Source: Chiloscyllium plagiosum (taxonomy: Eukaryota). Taken from it: 64,000 bases of DNA. The stretch is taken from contig NC_057718.1 of the NCBI RefSeq assembly GCF_004010195.1, forward strand, positions 55,839,862-55,903,861, read 5' to 3'. A program made the translations under genes and the position numbers. The notes under the pieces were generated by a model. It saw only the letters and a list, made by a program, of their open reading frames with translations. It made no database searches and had not been told where the DNA came from. This document shows, one piece after another, positions 14,900 through 27,204 of this stretch (its first letter is position 1; each line of letters begins with the position of its first letter).

Positions 14900-15350
14900 C
14901 AGGATTTAGCTGGATTCTCTGCTGGTTGAGGGATAATCAATTGTATACGTGGTTATCAATGATTCCACAGAGTATCCAGGGATCTTCATGAACAAAGAGG
15001 TTTCTGGTTGCTGAATGGACAGTTAATTTGTGGCCATAGGATCCTGTATTTGTGTGCAAGTTTGTCAAGTGGCTTCCACTGCTTTCCCATCTTGAGAAAG
15101 TCCTCTAAATCCCTCAGCTAATCCACCTTAGTGGATGGATACTTTTGACAAGAATTGAGGACATACCTCCTTAAACCGATGAGAACCCCTACAGAAACAA
15201 GGACATCTACAACTGCTTCCATGCTAATAAAAGGATAATGATTGAACAGGCGATAGGCCTGCTCAAAATGAGGTTTGAATGCCTGGATATATCAGGGGGA
15301 AACATGCAACAAATGGCAACAAAGGTCTCACATACCGTTGCAATGTGCTA
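14900..15350 (+). mobile_element. Relic Harbinger/PIF (HARBI1-like) transposase
   Basis: Frameshifted motifs in transposase order, ending YNCFH...IEQAIGLLKMRFECLD at about 15208-15288. Confidence 0.65.
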
Positions 15351-15489
15351 GATCTAGAGAGAGTAGCTTTGCATCTGAATCTTCCACAATGGTCAGTTTT
15401 TTGTTTCATTCCAAAGCTTTGTTATTTAAATTAAGTCACTTCTACTGTTTTGATAATGTTTAAGTTCCTATGTTGGACACTTCTTAAAA

Positions 15490-15840
15490 TTTATTCACAG
15501 GTGTACATTGCTGTCTGGGCCAGCATTTATTGCCCATCCCTAGGTGCCTAGGAGAAGGTGGTGATGAGTTACCTTCTTCAACAGCTGTAATTGATTTAGT
15601 GTAGATAGACCCATAGTGCCATTAGGCAGGGAGTTCCATGATTTAGATCCAGTGACACATTTCTGCTGCTCTCATCCTTCAAGATGGTCATTGTTGTGAG
15701 TTTGGAAGGTGCTGTCTAAGAAGCCTTGATGAATTTTTGCAATATATCTTGCAGATGCTGAGCACCGATGGTGAAGGGAGTGAATGTTTTTTAGATGTGA
15801 TGCCAGTCAAGTGGGTCACTTTGTCCTGATCTTGAGTATT
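15490..15840 (-). mobile_element. 3' end of the CR1/L2-group LINE family of 7400-9365
   Basis: gccagcatttattgcccatccct...gagaaggtggtgatgag is the reverse complement of the tail near 9270-9340. Confidence 0.7.
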
Positions 15841-16179
15841 ATTGTGAAACTTAATTTCCACCATGATATTAAAGTTGGTGGGCTAAGAATTACTATGGCG
15901 TCTTAGCAGGCATGGAAATTGTGATGTGAAATTACAATTCCCAAACTAAATCTGCTGCTTAAGTAACTGCACTCTCAGCAAGGAATTCAGGTTCAATCCA
16001 GGCCAGGACCAATTAAACGTTGCCTACACTTCCGCAAACCAGCAGTTACCTCTTAAAGAGCAATTGCTGAAGGCTAAAAAACTTAAGGAACAAAATGAGC
16101 TCTGAGCACCTGTAATGTAGGAGCCATGTGGCCTCGGTGCTCAAAAATGTCTGAAATATGCACACATATTTCCTGCAGT

Positions 16180-17010
16180 GTGTGTATGACTTCATCTTGA
16201 TACTTCTTGGCATTTTCTAAGGCGCATACTATTCCTCATTGACCTCACCAAACATGTTGCATTGCTTTTCACATGTACACTGACAATACTCTCTCTACCT
16301 CACCATTACTACTCATAACAACTCTATTGTATCTGTATTTTAAATCTGTACATGTACTGCAGAAATTTCCTCCAGTTAAATATTGGGAAGGGCAAGTTCT
16401 GTTCCTGCTCCAAGCTCTGTTTTCTTGCCTCAGACTCCATCCCATTCTATAGCAATTGTCTGAGGCTGACCATTCAAAATTGTGGTGTCATATACAACTC
16501 TACCCTTACTTCAACTCCTTTGCTGCTAAAATCGTCATCCATATATTTGTCACTACTAATTAAGGGAATCAAGGGTTATGGGGAAGAGGCAGGAAAGTGG
16601 AATTGAGTATTATCAGGTCAGCCTTAATTTTATTGAATGGCAGAGCAGACTTGATGCACCAAGTGGCCAATATCTGTTCTTATGATCTTGACTATTCCAA
16701 CACAATACTCCTAGCCTCCTATTTTAACTTCCATAAACTTGAGGTCATCCAAAACTCTGCTGTCTTCATTCTCATTCATGTAAAGTCCTTTTTATCCATC
16801 GTCCCTGATCTCTATTGGTTGCAGGTTAAGTAATCCCCTGATTTTATAATTCCTCCTTTTTTTCTCAAATCCATCCATGGTTTTCCTACCCTTATGATCT
16901 CTTAAAGTGTCACAACCCTCCCAGATTAGTGGGGTTCCTGATCTCTTGACTATCCACAATTTTAACTGCTCTACCTTTAGTGGCTGTGTCATCAGCTATC
17001 AGTGTTCTAA
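16180..17010 (+). mobile_element. Old L2-type LINE RT C-terminal relic with a short CR1 tail inserted at about 16555-16685
   Basis: Motifs NFLQLNIGK, LDYSN, KLEVIQNSA and LYWL are typical of L2 ORF2 C-termini. Confidence 0.7.
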
Positions 17011-18961
17011 GCCTTAAGACCGTAAGACACGGGAGCAGAAATTAGACTATTCAGCCCATTGAGTCTGCTCCTCCATTGAATCATGGCTGATAAGTTTCTC
17101 AACCCCATTCTCCCCCTTTCTCCCCATAACCCTTGATCCCACTGGCAATCAAGAACTCATCCATCTCCAGCTTAAATATTTTCAATGATGTGGCTTCCAC
17201 AGCCTTTTGTGGCAATGAATTCCATAGATTCACCACGCTCTGGCTGAAGAAGTTTCTCTTTATTCTGTTCTAGAAGGTTTTCTCTTTACTCTTAGGCTGT
17301 GTCCTCGGCTCCTAGTCTCTCCTACCAATGGAAACATTTTCTCAACATACCCCCTCATCTTTCTAAACTCCATTGTGTATAGAACCAGAATCCTCAAATG
17401 TTCCTCATATGTTAAGCTTTTCATTCCTGGCACCATTTTCATGAACCTCCTCTGAATGTGCTCCAGGGCCCAAAACTGTGCACAAGACTCCAAATGTGGT
17501 TAGACCAGAGCCTTATAGAGCCTCAGATGTATATCCCTGCTTGTATATTCAAGTCCTCTCAAAATAAATGCCAACATTGCATTTGTCTTCCTAACTACTG
17601 ACTCACCCTGCAAGTTTACATTGAGAGAATCCTGGACTAGAACTCTCAAGTCTCTGCACTTCAGACTTCTGAATTTTCTCTCCATTTAGAAAATAGTCCA
17701 TACTTCTAATATTTTTACCAAAGTGACCATACACTTTCCCATGTTGTACTCCATCTGCCATTTCTTTGCCCACTCTCCTAATTTGTACCAATCATTCTGT
17801 AGCCTCCTCAAATCCTCAAAACTGTCTGTCCCTCTACCTATCATCTGCAAGCCTAGCCAGAATGCCCTCAGTTCCTTCATCTAAATCATTAAGGTATGAA
17901 GTGAAAAGTTGTGGCCCCAACACTGTCACTGGAAAAGCCCCTTGTCGCTGACTGTCACCCTGAGAAAGACCCTTTATCCCCACTCTCTGCCTTCTACCAG
18001 ACAACAAATCTTCTATCCTTGCTAACACCTGGCCTCTAGCATCATGAACCCTATCTTACTCAGAAGCCTCCTGTGTAGCACCTTGTCAAAGGCCTTCTTG
18101 AAGTCCAGGTAGTTAACATCCATTGGTTGTCCTTAGTCTAGCCTGCTTGTTACTTTCTCAAAGAATTCTAGCAGATTTGTCAGGCATGACCTCCCCTTGA
18201 CAAAACCATGCTGACTTTGCCCTATTGGTATAGTCCATCTTGTCCAAGTGATTTATCTACCTTCAAGCCATTCAGTTTTTTTTAGCACCTTCACCTTGAT
18301 GATGGCTACCATACTCAGCTCTGCCCCCTGACTGTCTTGAACTTTTGGTATATTACTCATGTCTTTACCATTAAGACTGACCTAATTTAATTATTCAGTT
18401 CCTCAGCCATTTCCTTGTTCCCCACTACTATCTCTCCAGTGTCATTTTCCAGAAGTCCAATGTCCACTTTTGCTTCTCTTTTGCCCTTTATAGATCTAAA
18501 GAAACTCTTACAGTCTTCCTTTATATTACTGGTTAGCTTACCTCATATTTATTCTTCTCCCACCTTATTTCTTTTTTTGTTGCCCTCTGTCAGTCTTTGT
18601 AAGCTTCCCAATCCTCTGGTTTTCCACTACCCTTAGCCATGTTATGTGCTTTCTGATTTGCTTTTATGCTATCCCTGACCTTCCGAGTCAGCCATGGTTG
18701 CCTGCAATAGGTACCATGCTTCTTTTTCCGAGGGATGAATTTTTGCTGCGTCTCCTGAATTATTCCATGAAACAATTGCCATTGCTGTTCCACTGTCTTT
18801 CCTGCTAGGCTCCTCTCCCAGTCAATTCTGCCCAGCTCCTCCCTTGTGCCTCTGTTATTGCCTTTATTCAGCTGTAATACCGTTACCTCTGATTCTATCT
18901 TCTCCCTCTCAAATTGCAGAGTAAATTCACTCAAATTATGATCACTGCCTCCTAAGAGTTC

Positions 18962-19230
18962 TGATTTGGAGATGCCGGTGTTGGACTGGGGTGTACAAAG
19001 TTGGTTTTTGTGATTTACACATGAAAGAAGTGAAACTATCACTGTATTCTAACAGATGAAAGGCTTAACAGACGATCAATTTTTCAATGTATAATTTCAG
19101 TTACATCACACTGCAAATTTTTGCTATAAATTCTGTGTTACGATCGAGCCCTCCACAATCACCTGATGAAGGACCATCGCTCCGAAAGCTAGTGTGCTTC
19201 CAATTAAACCTGTTGGACTATAACCTGGTG
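18962..19230. mobile_element. Penelope-like insertion (second family): about 41 bp inverted tail plus forward 3' segment with hammerhead motif
   Basis: 12 bp TSD tcctaagagttc at 18950-18961 and 19231-19242. CTGATGA...GAAA core at 19163-19187. Assignment rests on the hammerhead and long TSD because no ORF is included. Confidence 0.75.
19160..19194 (+). ncRNA. Minimal type I hammerhead ribozyme motif
   Basis: CAC-CTGATGA-aggaccatcgctcc-GAAA-GC-TA-GTG. Stem I is CAC/GTG, stem II gga/tcc, and stem III is a loopless palindrome (AGCT). Confidence 0.7.
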
Positions 19231-19384
19231 TCCTAAGAGTTCCTTCACCTTAAGCTCCCTTATCAAGTCTGTCTCATTGCACAACACTAAATCAGTATTG
19301 CCTGTTCTCTCCCTAAACTTCTCCACCACTCTTTATTTTGCCTGTTTTAAGACACTTAAAATTTACCATTTACCAAATTTACCA

Positions 19385-20890
19385 AAATTGCGGTCTTTGA
19401 AGAAGGAGGCCACCTGGGTTGTTCGGTATTGGAATTGGTCCTCCTGGGAGCAGATGCAGCGAAGGCGAAGGAATTGGGAATATGGGATGGCGTTTTTACA
19501 GGGGGCAGGGTGGGAGGAGGTGTAATCTAGGTAGCTGTGGGAGTCAGTCGGTTTATAGTAAAGGTCCATGTTTCCCTCCCCACCCCTATCAGCGTTCCGG
19601 AAAGACCACTCCCTCCGCGACTCCCTCGTCAGATCCACACCCCTCACCAACCCAACCTCCACTCCCGGCACCTTCCCCTACAACTGCAAGGAATGCAAAA
19701 CTTGCACCCACACCTCCCCTCTCACTTCCCTCCAAGACCCCAAGGGATCCTTCCATATCCATCAGAAATTCACCTGCACCTCCACACACATCATTTGCTG
19801 CACCCGATGTGGCCTCCTATACATTGGGGAGACAGGCCGCCTACTTGCGGAATGTTTCAGAGAACACCTCTGGAACACCCGCACCAACCAACCCAACCGC
19901 CCCGTGGCTGAACCCTTTAACTCCCCCTCCCACTCCACCAAGGACATGCAGGTCCTTGGCCTCCTCCATCGCCAGACCATGNNNNNNNNNNNNNNNNNNN
20001 NNNNNNNNNNNNNNNNNNNNNNNNNNNNNNNNNNNNNNNNNNNNNNNNNNNNNNNNNNNNNNNNNNNNNNNNNNNNNNNNNNNNNNNNNNNNNNNNNNNN
20101 NNNNNNNNNNNNNNNNNNNNNNNNNNNNNNNNNNNNNNNNNNNNNNNNNNNNNNNNNNNNNNNNNNNNNNNNNNNNNNNNNNNNNNNNNNNNNNNNNNNN
20201 NNNNNNNNNNNNNNNNNNNNNNNNNNNNNNNNNNNNNNNNNNNNNNNNNNNNNNNNNNNNNNNNNNNNNNNNNNNNNNNNNNNNNNNNNNNNNNNNNNNN
20301 NNNNNNNNNNNNNNNNNNNNNNNNNNNNNNNNNNNNNNNNNNNNNNNNNNNNNNNNNNNNNNNNNNNNNNNNNNNNNNNNNNNNNNNNNNNNNNNNNNNN
20401 NNNNNNNNNNNNNNNNNNNNNNNNNNNNNNNNNNNNNNNNNNNNNNNNNNNNNNNNNNNNNNNNNNNNNNNNNNNNNNNNNNNNNNNNNNNNNNNNNNNN
20501 NNNNNNNNNNNNNNNNNNNNNNNNNNNNNNNNNNNNNNNNNNNNNNNNNNNNNNNNNNNNNNNNNNNNNNNNNNNNNNNNNNNNNNNNNNNNNNNNNNNN
20601 NNNNNNNNNNNNNNNNNNNNNNNNNNNNNNNNNNNNNNNNNNNNNNNNNNNNNNNNNNNNNNNNNCTTAACCTCCTTCCACCTATCGTATTCCCAGCGCC
20701 CCTCCCCCAAGTCCCTCCTCCCTACCTTTTATCTTAGCCTGCTTAGCACATCTTCCACATTCCTGAAGAAGGGCTTATGTCCGAAATGTCGATTCTCCTG
20801 TTTCTTTGATGCTGCCTGACCTGCTGCGCTTTTCCAGCAACACATTTTTAAACTCTGATCTCCAGCATCTGCAGTCCTCACTTTCTCCTA
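19385..20890 (+). mobile_element. Penelope-like retroelement with inverted 5' part (19385-19567 minus) and GIY-YIG region plus 3' UTR (plus), spanning a gap
   Basis: Minus strand reads YYKPTDSHSYLDYTSSHP..CKNAIPYSQFLRLR. Plus strand reads CTRCGLLYIGETGRLLAECFREH. Degenerate hammerhead at about 20758-20795. Ends cactttctccta. Confidence 0.92.
19982..20665. other. Assembly gap (N run)
   Basis: Seen directly. Confidence 1.
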
Positions 20891-20903
20891 GCTTAATTTC
20901 ATT

Positions 20904-20960
20904 TCAAACAGGCAGAGTAAACCCTGGTCAAACAGGCAGAGTAAACCCTGGTCTAACAGG
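20904..20960. repeat. 24 bp tandem repeat (about 2.4 copies of tcaaacaggcagagtaaaccctgg)
   Basis: Seen directly. Confidence 0.85.
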
Positions 20961-21569
20961 GCTCTCCATGGAACATATATCATTGACTCTATCCATTGCC
21001 TTATGTGCCCCAGGGCAACTTGGCTTTGCCTGAACTTAAAAGATTTGGGATCCCTCAATGTGTACATAGTGTGCGACCATCATGCTGGTGAGTAGGACCT
21101 TTACTCTGGCAATAGTGACAATTTCTTCATGCTTTGACAGCTAATTTTGACTAGAAATAAATGCTATTTATTCACTGTTGACATGGCTTATAACATCAGT
21201 CTGAAACCAATGCGTACACGTTCTGCAAGCTTACAATGAGAGCCTTACTGCCACAATTCATTTTATAGAACATACCATCAGTTTACTCAAGCAATGCTTT
21301 TGTAGCCTGGACCATCTTATTGTCCAACAAAGCAAAAATTAAAAACCACCAGAAAATGCAAAAGATTTTTAAATTAAATCAAGGCATCGTCTCCTTTAGT
21401 GTCTGTCTTCCGTGTGGCCTTGTTTCTCCAAATCTCCTATGAAGTGCTTCTGCTGTAACTGCGGCATAGATGGTGGAAGATTGCTGATCTCAGTTGTGGA
21501 ATCTGAAGATGCAATTAGAGGGAGACCGTGTCTGGGCCCACAATACTTCAGACTGTCCCATTTCGGATT

Positions 21570-22000
21570 GGACTGCAATCCAGTCCAATTCAGATTGGCT
21601 GACTAACAGGCACCAGTAAGAGCATTGCCAGCATTGCAGGTATGGGAGAGGTAATGCTTTCTTTCTGTGAGACTAAGGCAGATTTGTCTAAATCTATCTA
21701 TCGCCATTCCCTTGGAATAACTCCTCAACAATCCTGCTAATCTATTGAAGAACAGATTGTTGGACTGTTGTGACTTTGAAGCTACTTTTAACAGTGGCAT
21801 CCAGAGCCATGTTGATAACATTGTAAACTTCCACCTCAGCAGACAGATCTTGATTGAAAACTGTTTTGTAATGGAAACCGTTGTGATGGAAATTGTGCCC
21901 AATTAAGGTTCTGACATCAACCATCAAATGCTGCACAGATGTGCTGATGGAGACAATCTTCCATTTTGTGTGAGAAAATATAGCCCAAAGCCAAGCCAGT
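21570..22000 (-). mobile_element. Possible highly decayed Harbinger transposase relic
   Basis: Weak motifs in the expected order (NGFHY, ..Y.SH.., terminal LD-like segment). Confidence 0.35.
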
Positions 22001-22391
22001 GCTGTACTCCTTCATCCCCCCTGACATTGAGGAGAGACTTTCTAGCACCCTTTAGAGTGCATTAAGATTTAGCTATTTCCACTTCCACCTCTAATCTAAT
22101 TCATTGAAGTCCTTCTCAGGAGAAATGATTTGTGACCTTGCCCTATAGAGAGCATGTTTCCCCGACTACTCTGGCTACTAGTGTCAGATCATGTGTTTAG
22201 CCATGTTGTATCCTAACCTTTAAAATATGTCCATCTGATGGATGTGACTGTTGACTGAGTGATAGAGTCTGTTGTGGAAAGCCTTTAGTTCTTAAGTAAC
22301 AGAAGTGAAAAATGGACAAAATTTCGGTGATGGTGAGGGAAGAGGAGAAAGTAAGAAGTGTGTGCTTATATAATCTACAATGTCTCATTCA

Positions 22392-23540
22392 TGTTATGGA
22401 CTAGGCCAGACCCCACAAAACATTTTTAAGTAGATAGCCCAGACTGTAACTTTGTTATTTGTTTCCAAAAGAGAAAATGCTGGAAAATCTCAGCAGGTCT
22501 GGCAGCATCTGTAAGGAGAGAAAAGATCTGACGTTTTGAGTCTAACTGACCCTTTGTCAAAGCTACAAAAAGGGGAGAAATAGGGAGGTATTTATACTAG
22601 GCTGAGAGAAGATGAGTCATGGCTCCAGAAGCAAAGGTAGCAATAAAGAGGTGATAATGACAGTGCATAGAGAGATTATAGGGAGAGTAGCAAAGGGGGA
22701 AGAGGAGAGGAAAAAGGCGATGAGAGAGTGGGGAGTGAGAGGAAAAGAGACAATCAAGAAATAAGAGGTACAGAACAGTGAAAAAAAATTTTAAAAAGAT
22801 AGATAAAATAAATGAAATAAAATTACGGAGCAGAATGAAAACAGAGGGGTCTAGATAGGATAATCATCTGAAGTTGTTGAATTCAATGTTGAGACCGGCA
22901 GGCTGAAACATGTCTAGTTGGAAGATGAGATGCTATTTCTCCAGTTTATGTTGAGCTTCACTGGAACATTGCAGGAGGCCAAGGACAGACATGTGGGCAT
23001 GGGAGCAGGATTGTGTGTTGAAGTGGCAAACCACGGGAAGATCCGAGACCTGATTGAGTACAGACCAAAGGTGGTCAGCAAAGCGATCACCTAGTCAGCG
23101 TTTCCTCTTTGATATAGAGGAGAGCAACGAATGCAATAGACCAAATTGAAAGAGGTCTTTTATGTTTTGTTATTTGTTTAGCTAGATGTATGGTGGATAT
23201 TCCAAGTGTAAATTTAGCTGGGTCGACTGCCAAGTTTTAAACAAACAAGATTTATTTACAAAATTGCAGAACGAAACACAAAGAATAGAAAACAAAATAC
23301 CGTATAACTTAACGTTTCCAAACCTGACTTAATGATGTTGTTCTAAAAATACGTGCAACAGTTCCAATGCACACATCCCTTAGCACAAAAGATAAAATCA
23401 AACAAAGACTTACAGTTTGGAAGGAGAGAGAGACGTCATCCCCTGCTGCAACTGAACCAAAAGAACCACACCAACCAGGACTGGCCACTCCACTTTCATT
23501 ATACATGTTATTTCTAAAACATGAAAGCCTTTGGCCTGAG
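22392..23540. mobile_element. LTR-like repeat related to the 12088 solo LTR, opposite orientation, interrupted by a Penelope
   Basis: 22392-22460 is the reverse complement of about 12670-12735, and 23470-23505 matches about 12260-12315. Far end approximate. Confidence 0.7.
22465..23165 (-). mobile_element. Penelope-like element (third family), GIY-YIG C-terminus plus 3' UTR
   Basis: 14 bp TSD tttgttatttgttt at 22451-22464 and 23166-23179. Minus strand gives PVVCHFNTQSCSHAHMSVLGLL. Decayed hammerhead TTGACAA-AGGGTC.GACT-CAAAACGTC at about 22530-22562. Confidence 0.85.
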
Positions 23541-23740
23541 GTATAACCTATTTTGGGGTAAATGAAAAGGCCCCCAGTAAACCATTCATCCCAGATATTA
23601 CGAGATGAGGGAGAATGAGATTGAGGTCGATGATGCCCTTCTTCTCAAGACAGAGACAAAAATCTGTCTCCTTCCTTGGTTAAAACCAATGTAGTTGATT
23701 TGATCCTCTCCCACTTTTTTATTGTCTGCTGCTTTTTTAT

Positions 23741-24140
23741 CCGTTGCTTTTATCCGTTGCTCCCGATGCAGTCTCCTCTACATTGGGGAGACTGGGCACC
23801 TCCTAGCAGAGCGCTTTAGGGAACATCTCCGGGACACCCGCACCAATCAACCACACCGCCCCGTGGCCCAACATTTCAACTTCCCCCTCCCACTCTGCCA
23901 CGGACATGGAGGTCCTGGGCCTCCTTCACCGCGGCTCCCTCACTACCAGACGCCTGGAGAAAGAATGCCTCATCTTCCGCCTCGGAACACTTCAACCCCA
24001 GGGCATCAATGTGTTATCTCTCCACGCTTCAGGCTCACTGCCTTTATTTCTGATGAAGAGCTTTTGCCTGAAACATCGATTTCGCTGCTCCTTGGATGCT
24101 GCCTGAACTGCTGTGCTCTTCCAGCACCACTAATCCAGAA
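23741..24140 (+). mobile_element. Penelope-like element 3' fragment (GIY-YIG), internally deleted 3' UTR
   Basis: CSRCSLLYIGETGHLLAERFREH. 14 bp TSD tgctgcttttttat at 23727-23740 and 24141-24154. CTGATGA-AGAGC-TTTT-GCCT-GAAACATC motif at about 24050-24078. Confidence 0.92.
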
Positions 24141-24449
24141 TGCTGCTTTTTTATGTCACCTTCTTCTGCAAGAAAAAGAGAACTCTGTTAATAAGGATCT
24201 GTCAGTGGGTGAGAGCTGTGAATTGAGTGCCAGGCTTGCAGTAGCACCAAGTGTGAAGTTGGATAAAGCATATGAATTGAAAGATTTTTAATTGATAGAG
24301 ATTGTTAGGTTTATATAGGCATCTGGTGAATTGAGCAGTGGCTGAGGCTAGTGATATTGTTGGCTATTTAAATTTATCTCATTCATCTTGACAACTCGTA
24401 AGATGGTTACATTTCTTCCTTTACTATGATCATGTTCTTGAAGAAATAT

Positions 24450-24900
24450 TTGTGCTATTGACCTCTGCCAATACCACTTTACGTGCTTCCTTGAACAGCA
24501 GTCTGTCCCCTCAGCAGATCGGGATAGCTTTCCTTTCTACTTCTTTGAAAGAGACCTCGAGGGCATTGTCTGAACATCATGATGCACCCTTTCTCTAAGA
24601 TGTAACCATTGTTCAAGTATGAGAGGATAGGTACAGTTTTCAAATGACTTCCAGCACATCTTGCAGCCACATGCCATCTCCTTCTTAGAAGGCTCAGGCT
24701 GCTTTTTATGTAGCACCAGCCACATGCAATATCATGTAATCTGCTTCCAAGGATAACACTAGTTGCTCACTGCAAACACGGAAAGAAGCAGGCAGCACAA
24801 ATTTACCATGCTGTCTGCAATACAATGAATTGAAAGGGCTAATTGCATTCCGTGTTCCCCATGCCCCTTTTTGGATGTATTTGATGACCCCCTCGACTTA
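24450..24900 (-). mobile_element. Possible Harbinger transposase relic
   Basis: AARCAGSHLKTVPIL resembles the ARYPGSxHDxxIL motif and is followed by a DKGY-like KESY. Confidence 0.4.
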
Positions 24901-25887
24901 GTTTATGCCCACTGGCATCTTGCTCAGATGTAAGAACTCAGGTGCAATATCTATAAACAGCTACTGAATGATTTCAACATGCTCCGAGTAAAATTTTATG
25001 CAGATGCTATCAAATTATAATGGAAGCCCCAAACTTGTACAAATGCTTTATTTTTACAAAACTGTAGTTATGTCTAAAAGCAAGGAAAGCTTGCCAGAAA
25101 TCCTAAGAAAATTAGAAAAGGATCGGGGACAATGACTGAATAAAATTAACATAAGTTAAACATCATTAAGAGGAAATGAATGGAAGTAATAAATGACAAT
25201 CCCCCCAGGACCTGACGGTTTGAATCTGAGAGTTAAAGGAAGTAGGGAAATATTGTGGATGCCCTAACTGTAATCTTTCAGAGTTCCCTAGATAGAGGAG
25301 TCGTCCCTCTGAATTGGAAAATTGCACATTCCTTCTACTTTTAAAAAGGGTGAAAGAGGAAAACTTGGGAGTTACAGACTGGTTAGCCTAACATCTGTGG
25401 TGAGGGAAGTGTTGGAGTTTATTACCTATGGGTAACTAAACACCTTGAAAATTTGCAGTTAATCAGGGAGAGCCAGCAAGGATTCATTATAGGTCGGTCA
25501 TGCCTGACAAACCTCACTGAAATGTTTTGAAGAGATGACTAGGATATTGGACAAGGGAATGTCAATGGATGTTGCTTATAGGGACTTCCAGAAGGCATTT
25601 GATAAAGTCCCACATAAGAGATTGTTAACTAAAGTAGAAGCCCACGGAATTAAGGGCAAATTACTGGCATGGTTGAGGGGCAAGTGACAGAAAGTAGGTT
25701 AATGGGTAGATACTCACGATCCCAAATAATCACATTATCTATTAACGACTTGGATAATGACATAGAAAGTCATACTTCCAAATTTGTGATGACTCAAAAT
25801 TAACATAGATTATAACATAAAATTACAAAGAGCTATTGATAGACTAAATGAATGGGAAAGATTTTGGCAGATGGGGTTCAATGTAAG

Positions 25888-27204
25888 ATGGGAAACAGGG
25901 AAGTCTGGCTGTCTGGGTACAGAATTGGCTGGCCCACAGAAAACAGAGGGTGGTGGTAGATGGAAAGTATTCAGCCTGGAGCTTAGTAACTAGTGGCGTT
26001 CCGCAGGGTTCGGTTCTGGGACCTCTGCTCTTTGTGATTTTTGTAAATGACCTAAATGAGGAAGTGGAAGGGTGGGTTAGTAAGTTTGCCAATTACACAA
26101 GGTTTGGTGGAGTTGTGGAAAGTGTGGAGGGCTGTTGTAGGTTGCAACGAGACATTGACATGATGCAGAACTGCGCTGATAAGTGGCAGATGGGGTTTAA
26201 TCCATAAAAGTATGAATTGATTCACTTTGGAAGATCAAATTTGAATGCAGAGTACAAGGTTAAAGGCAGCATTCTTGGCAGTGTGAAGGAACAGAGGAAT
26301 CTTGGGGTTCATGTCCATAGATACCTCAAAGTTGCCACCCAAGTTGATAGGGTTGTTAAGAAGGCGTACGGTGTGTTGGCTTTCATTTACAGGGGGATAG
26401 AGTTTAAGAACTGCGAGGTTATGCTATAGCTCTATAGTGCCCTGGTTAGACCACACTTGGAATATTGTGTTCAGTCTTGGTCACCTCCTTATAGGAAAGA
26501 TGTGGAAGCTTTAGAGAGAGTGAAGAGGAGATTTACCAGGATGCTGCCTAGACTGGAGAGCATGTCTTATGAATAAAAGATTGAGGGAGCTAGAACTTTT
26601 CTCATTGGAGCAAAGGACGATGAGAGGTGACTTGATAGAGGTGTAGGAGAAAGTGAGGTCTGCAGACGCTGGAGATCAAAGCTGAAACTTTATTGCTGGA
26701 ACAGCACAGCAGGTCAGGCAGCATCTAGGGAACAGAAGATTCGACGTTTCGGGCACATGCCTGAAGAAGGGCATGTGCCCGAAACGTCGAATCTTCTGTT
26801 CCCTAGATGCTGCCTGACCTGCTGTGCTGTTCCAGCAATAAAGTTTCAGCTTTGATAGAGGTGTACAAGATGATGAGAGATATAGATAGAGTGGATAGCT
26901 AGAGTTTTTCTGATGGTTGAAATGTCTATCACGAGGGACATAATTTTAAGGTGATTCGAGGAAGGTTTAGGGGAGATGTCAGAGGTAGGTTCTTTACACA
27001 GAGTGTGGTGGGTGTGTGGAATGCACTACCAGCAGTGGTAGTAGAGTCAGATACATCAGGGACATTTAAGCAACTCTTGGATAGGCACATGGAAATTAGT
27101 AAAATGAAGGGTATGAAGATTAATCTGGTCTTAGAGTAGGATAAAAGGTTGGCAAAACATTGAGGGCTGAAGGGCCTGTACTGTGCAGTACTGTTCTGTG
27201 TTCT
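25888..27204 (+). mobile_element. Younger CR1 LINE (5'-truncated) inserted in the old CR1
   Basis: GVPQGSVLGPLLFVIFVNDL and related motifs. TSD atgtaag at 25881-25887 and 27205-27211. Tail tgttctgtgttct. Confidence 0.9.
26646..26851. mobile_element. Penelope-derived palindromic insertion (87 bp perfect arms, hammerhead core at the loop)
   Basis: Arms at 26675-26761 and 26770-26856 are exact reverse complements. 14 bp TSD ttgatagaggtgta at 26632-26645 and 26852-26865. Confidence 0.93.

Larger units (their letters stand above)
17012..19310 (-). mobile_element. Degenerate CR1 LINE ORF2 with internal deletions, interrupted by the 18962 Penelope-like insertion
   Basis: Minus ORF pieces LGGSDHN...QLNKGN (end of endonuclease), VLGPQLFTSYLNDLDEG, WAKKWQMEYN and LYKALV. 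Confidence 0.88.

Noticed and set aside
19419..20819. Long ORFs of 200-466 aa in the ORF track here and at 28675-29298, 36427-37312 and 51431-52391
   Set aside because: Their length comes from N gaps translated as X. The real parts are Penelope, CR1 or SINE sequence.
20904..20960. CRISPR-like direct repeats
   Set aside because: A simple spacer-less tandem duplication in eukaryotic DNA.
26675..26856. Hairpins as miRNA precursors, terminators or DNA-transposon MITEs
   Set aside because: The arms are Penelope 3' UTR sequence with a one-sided tail and 14-15 bp TSDs, consistent with retrotransposition.
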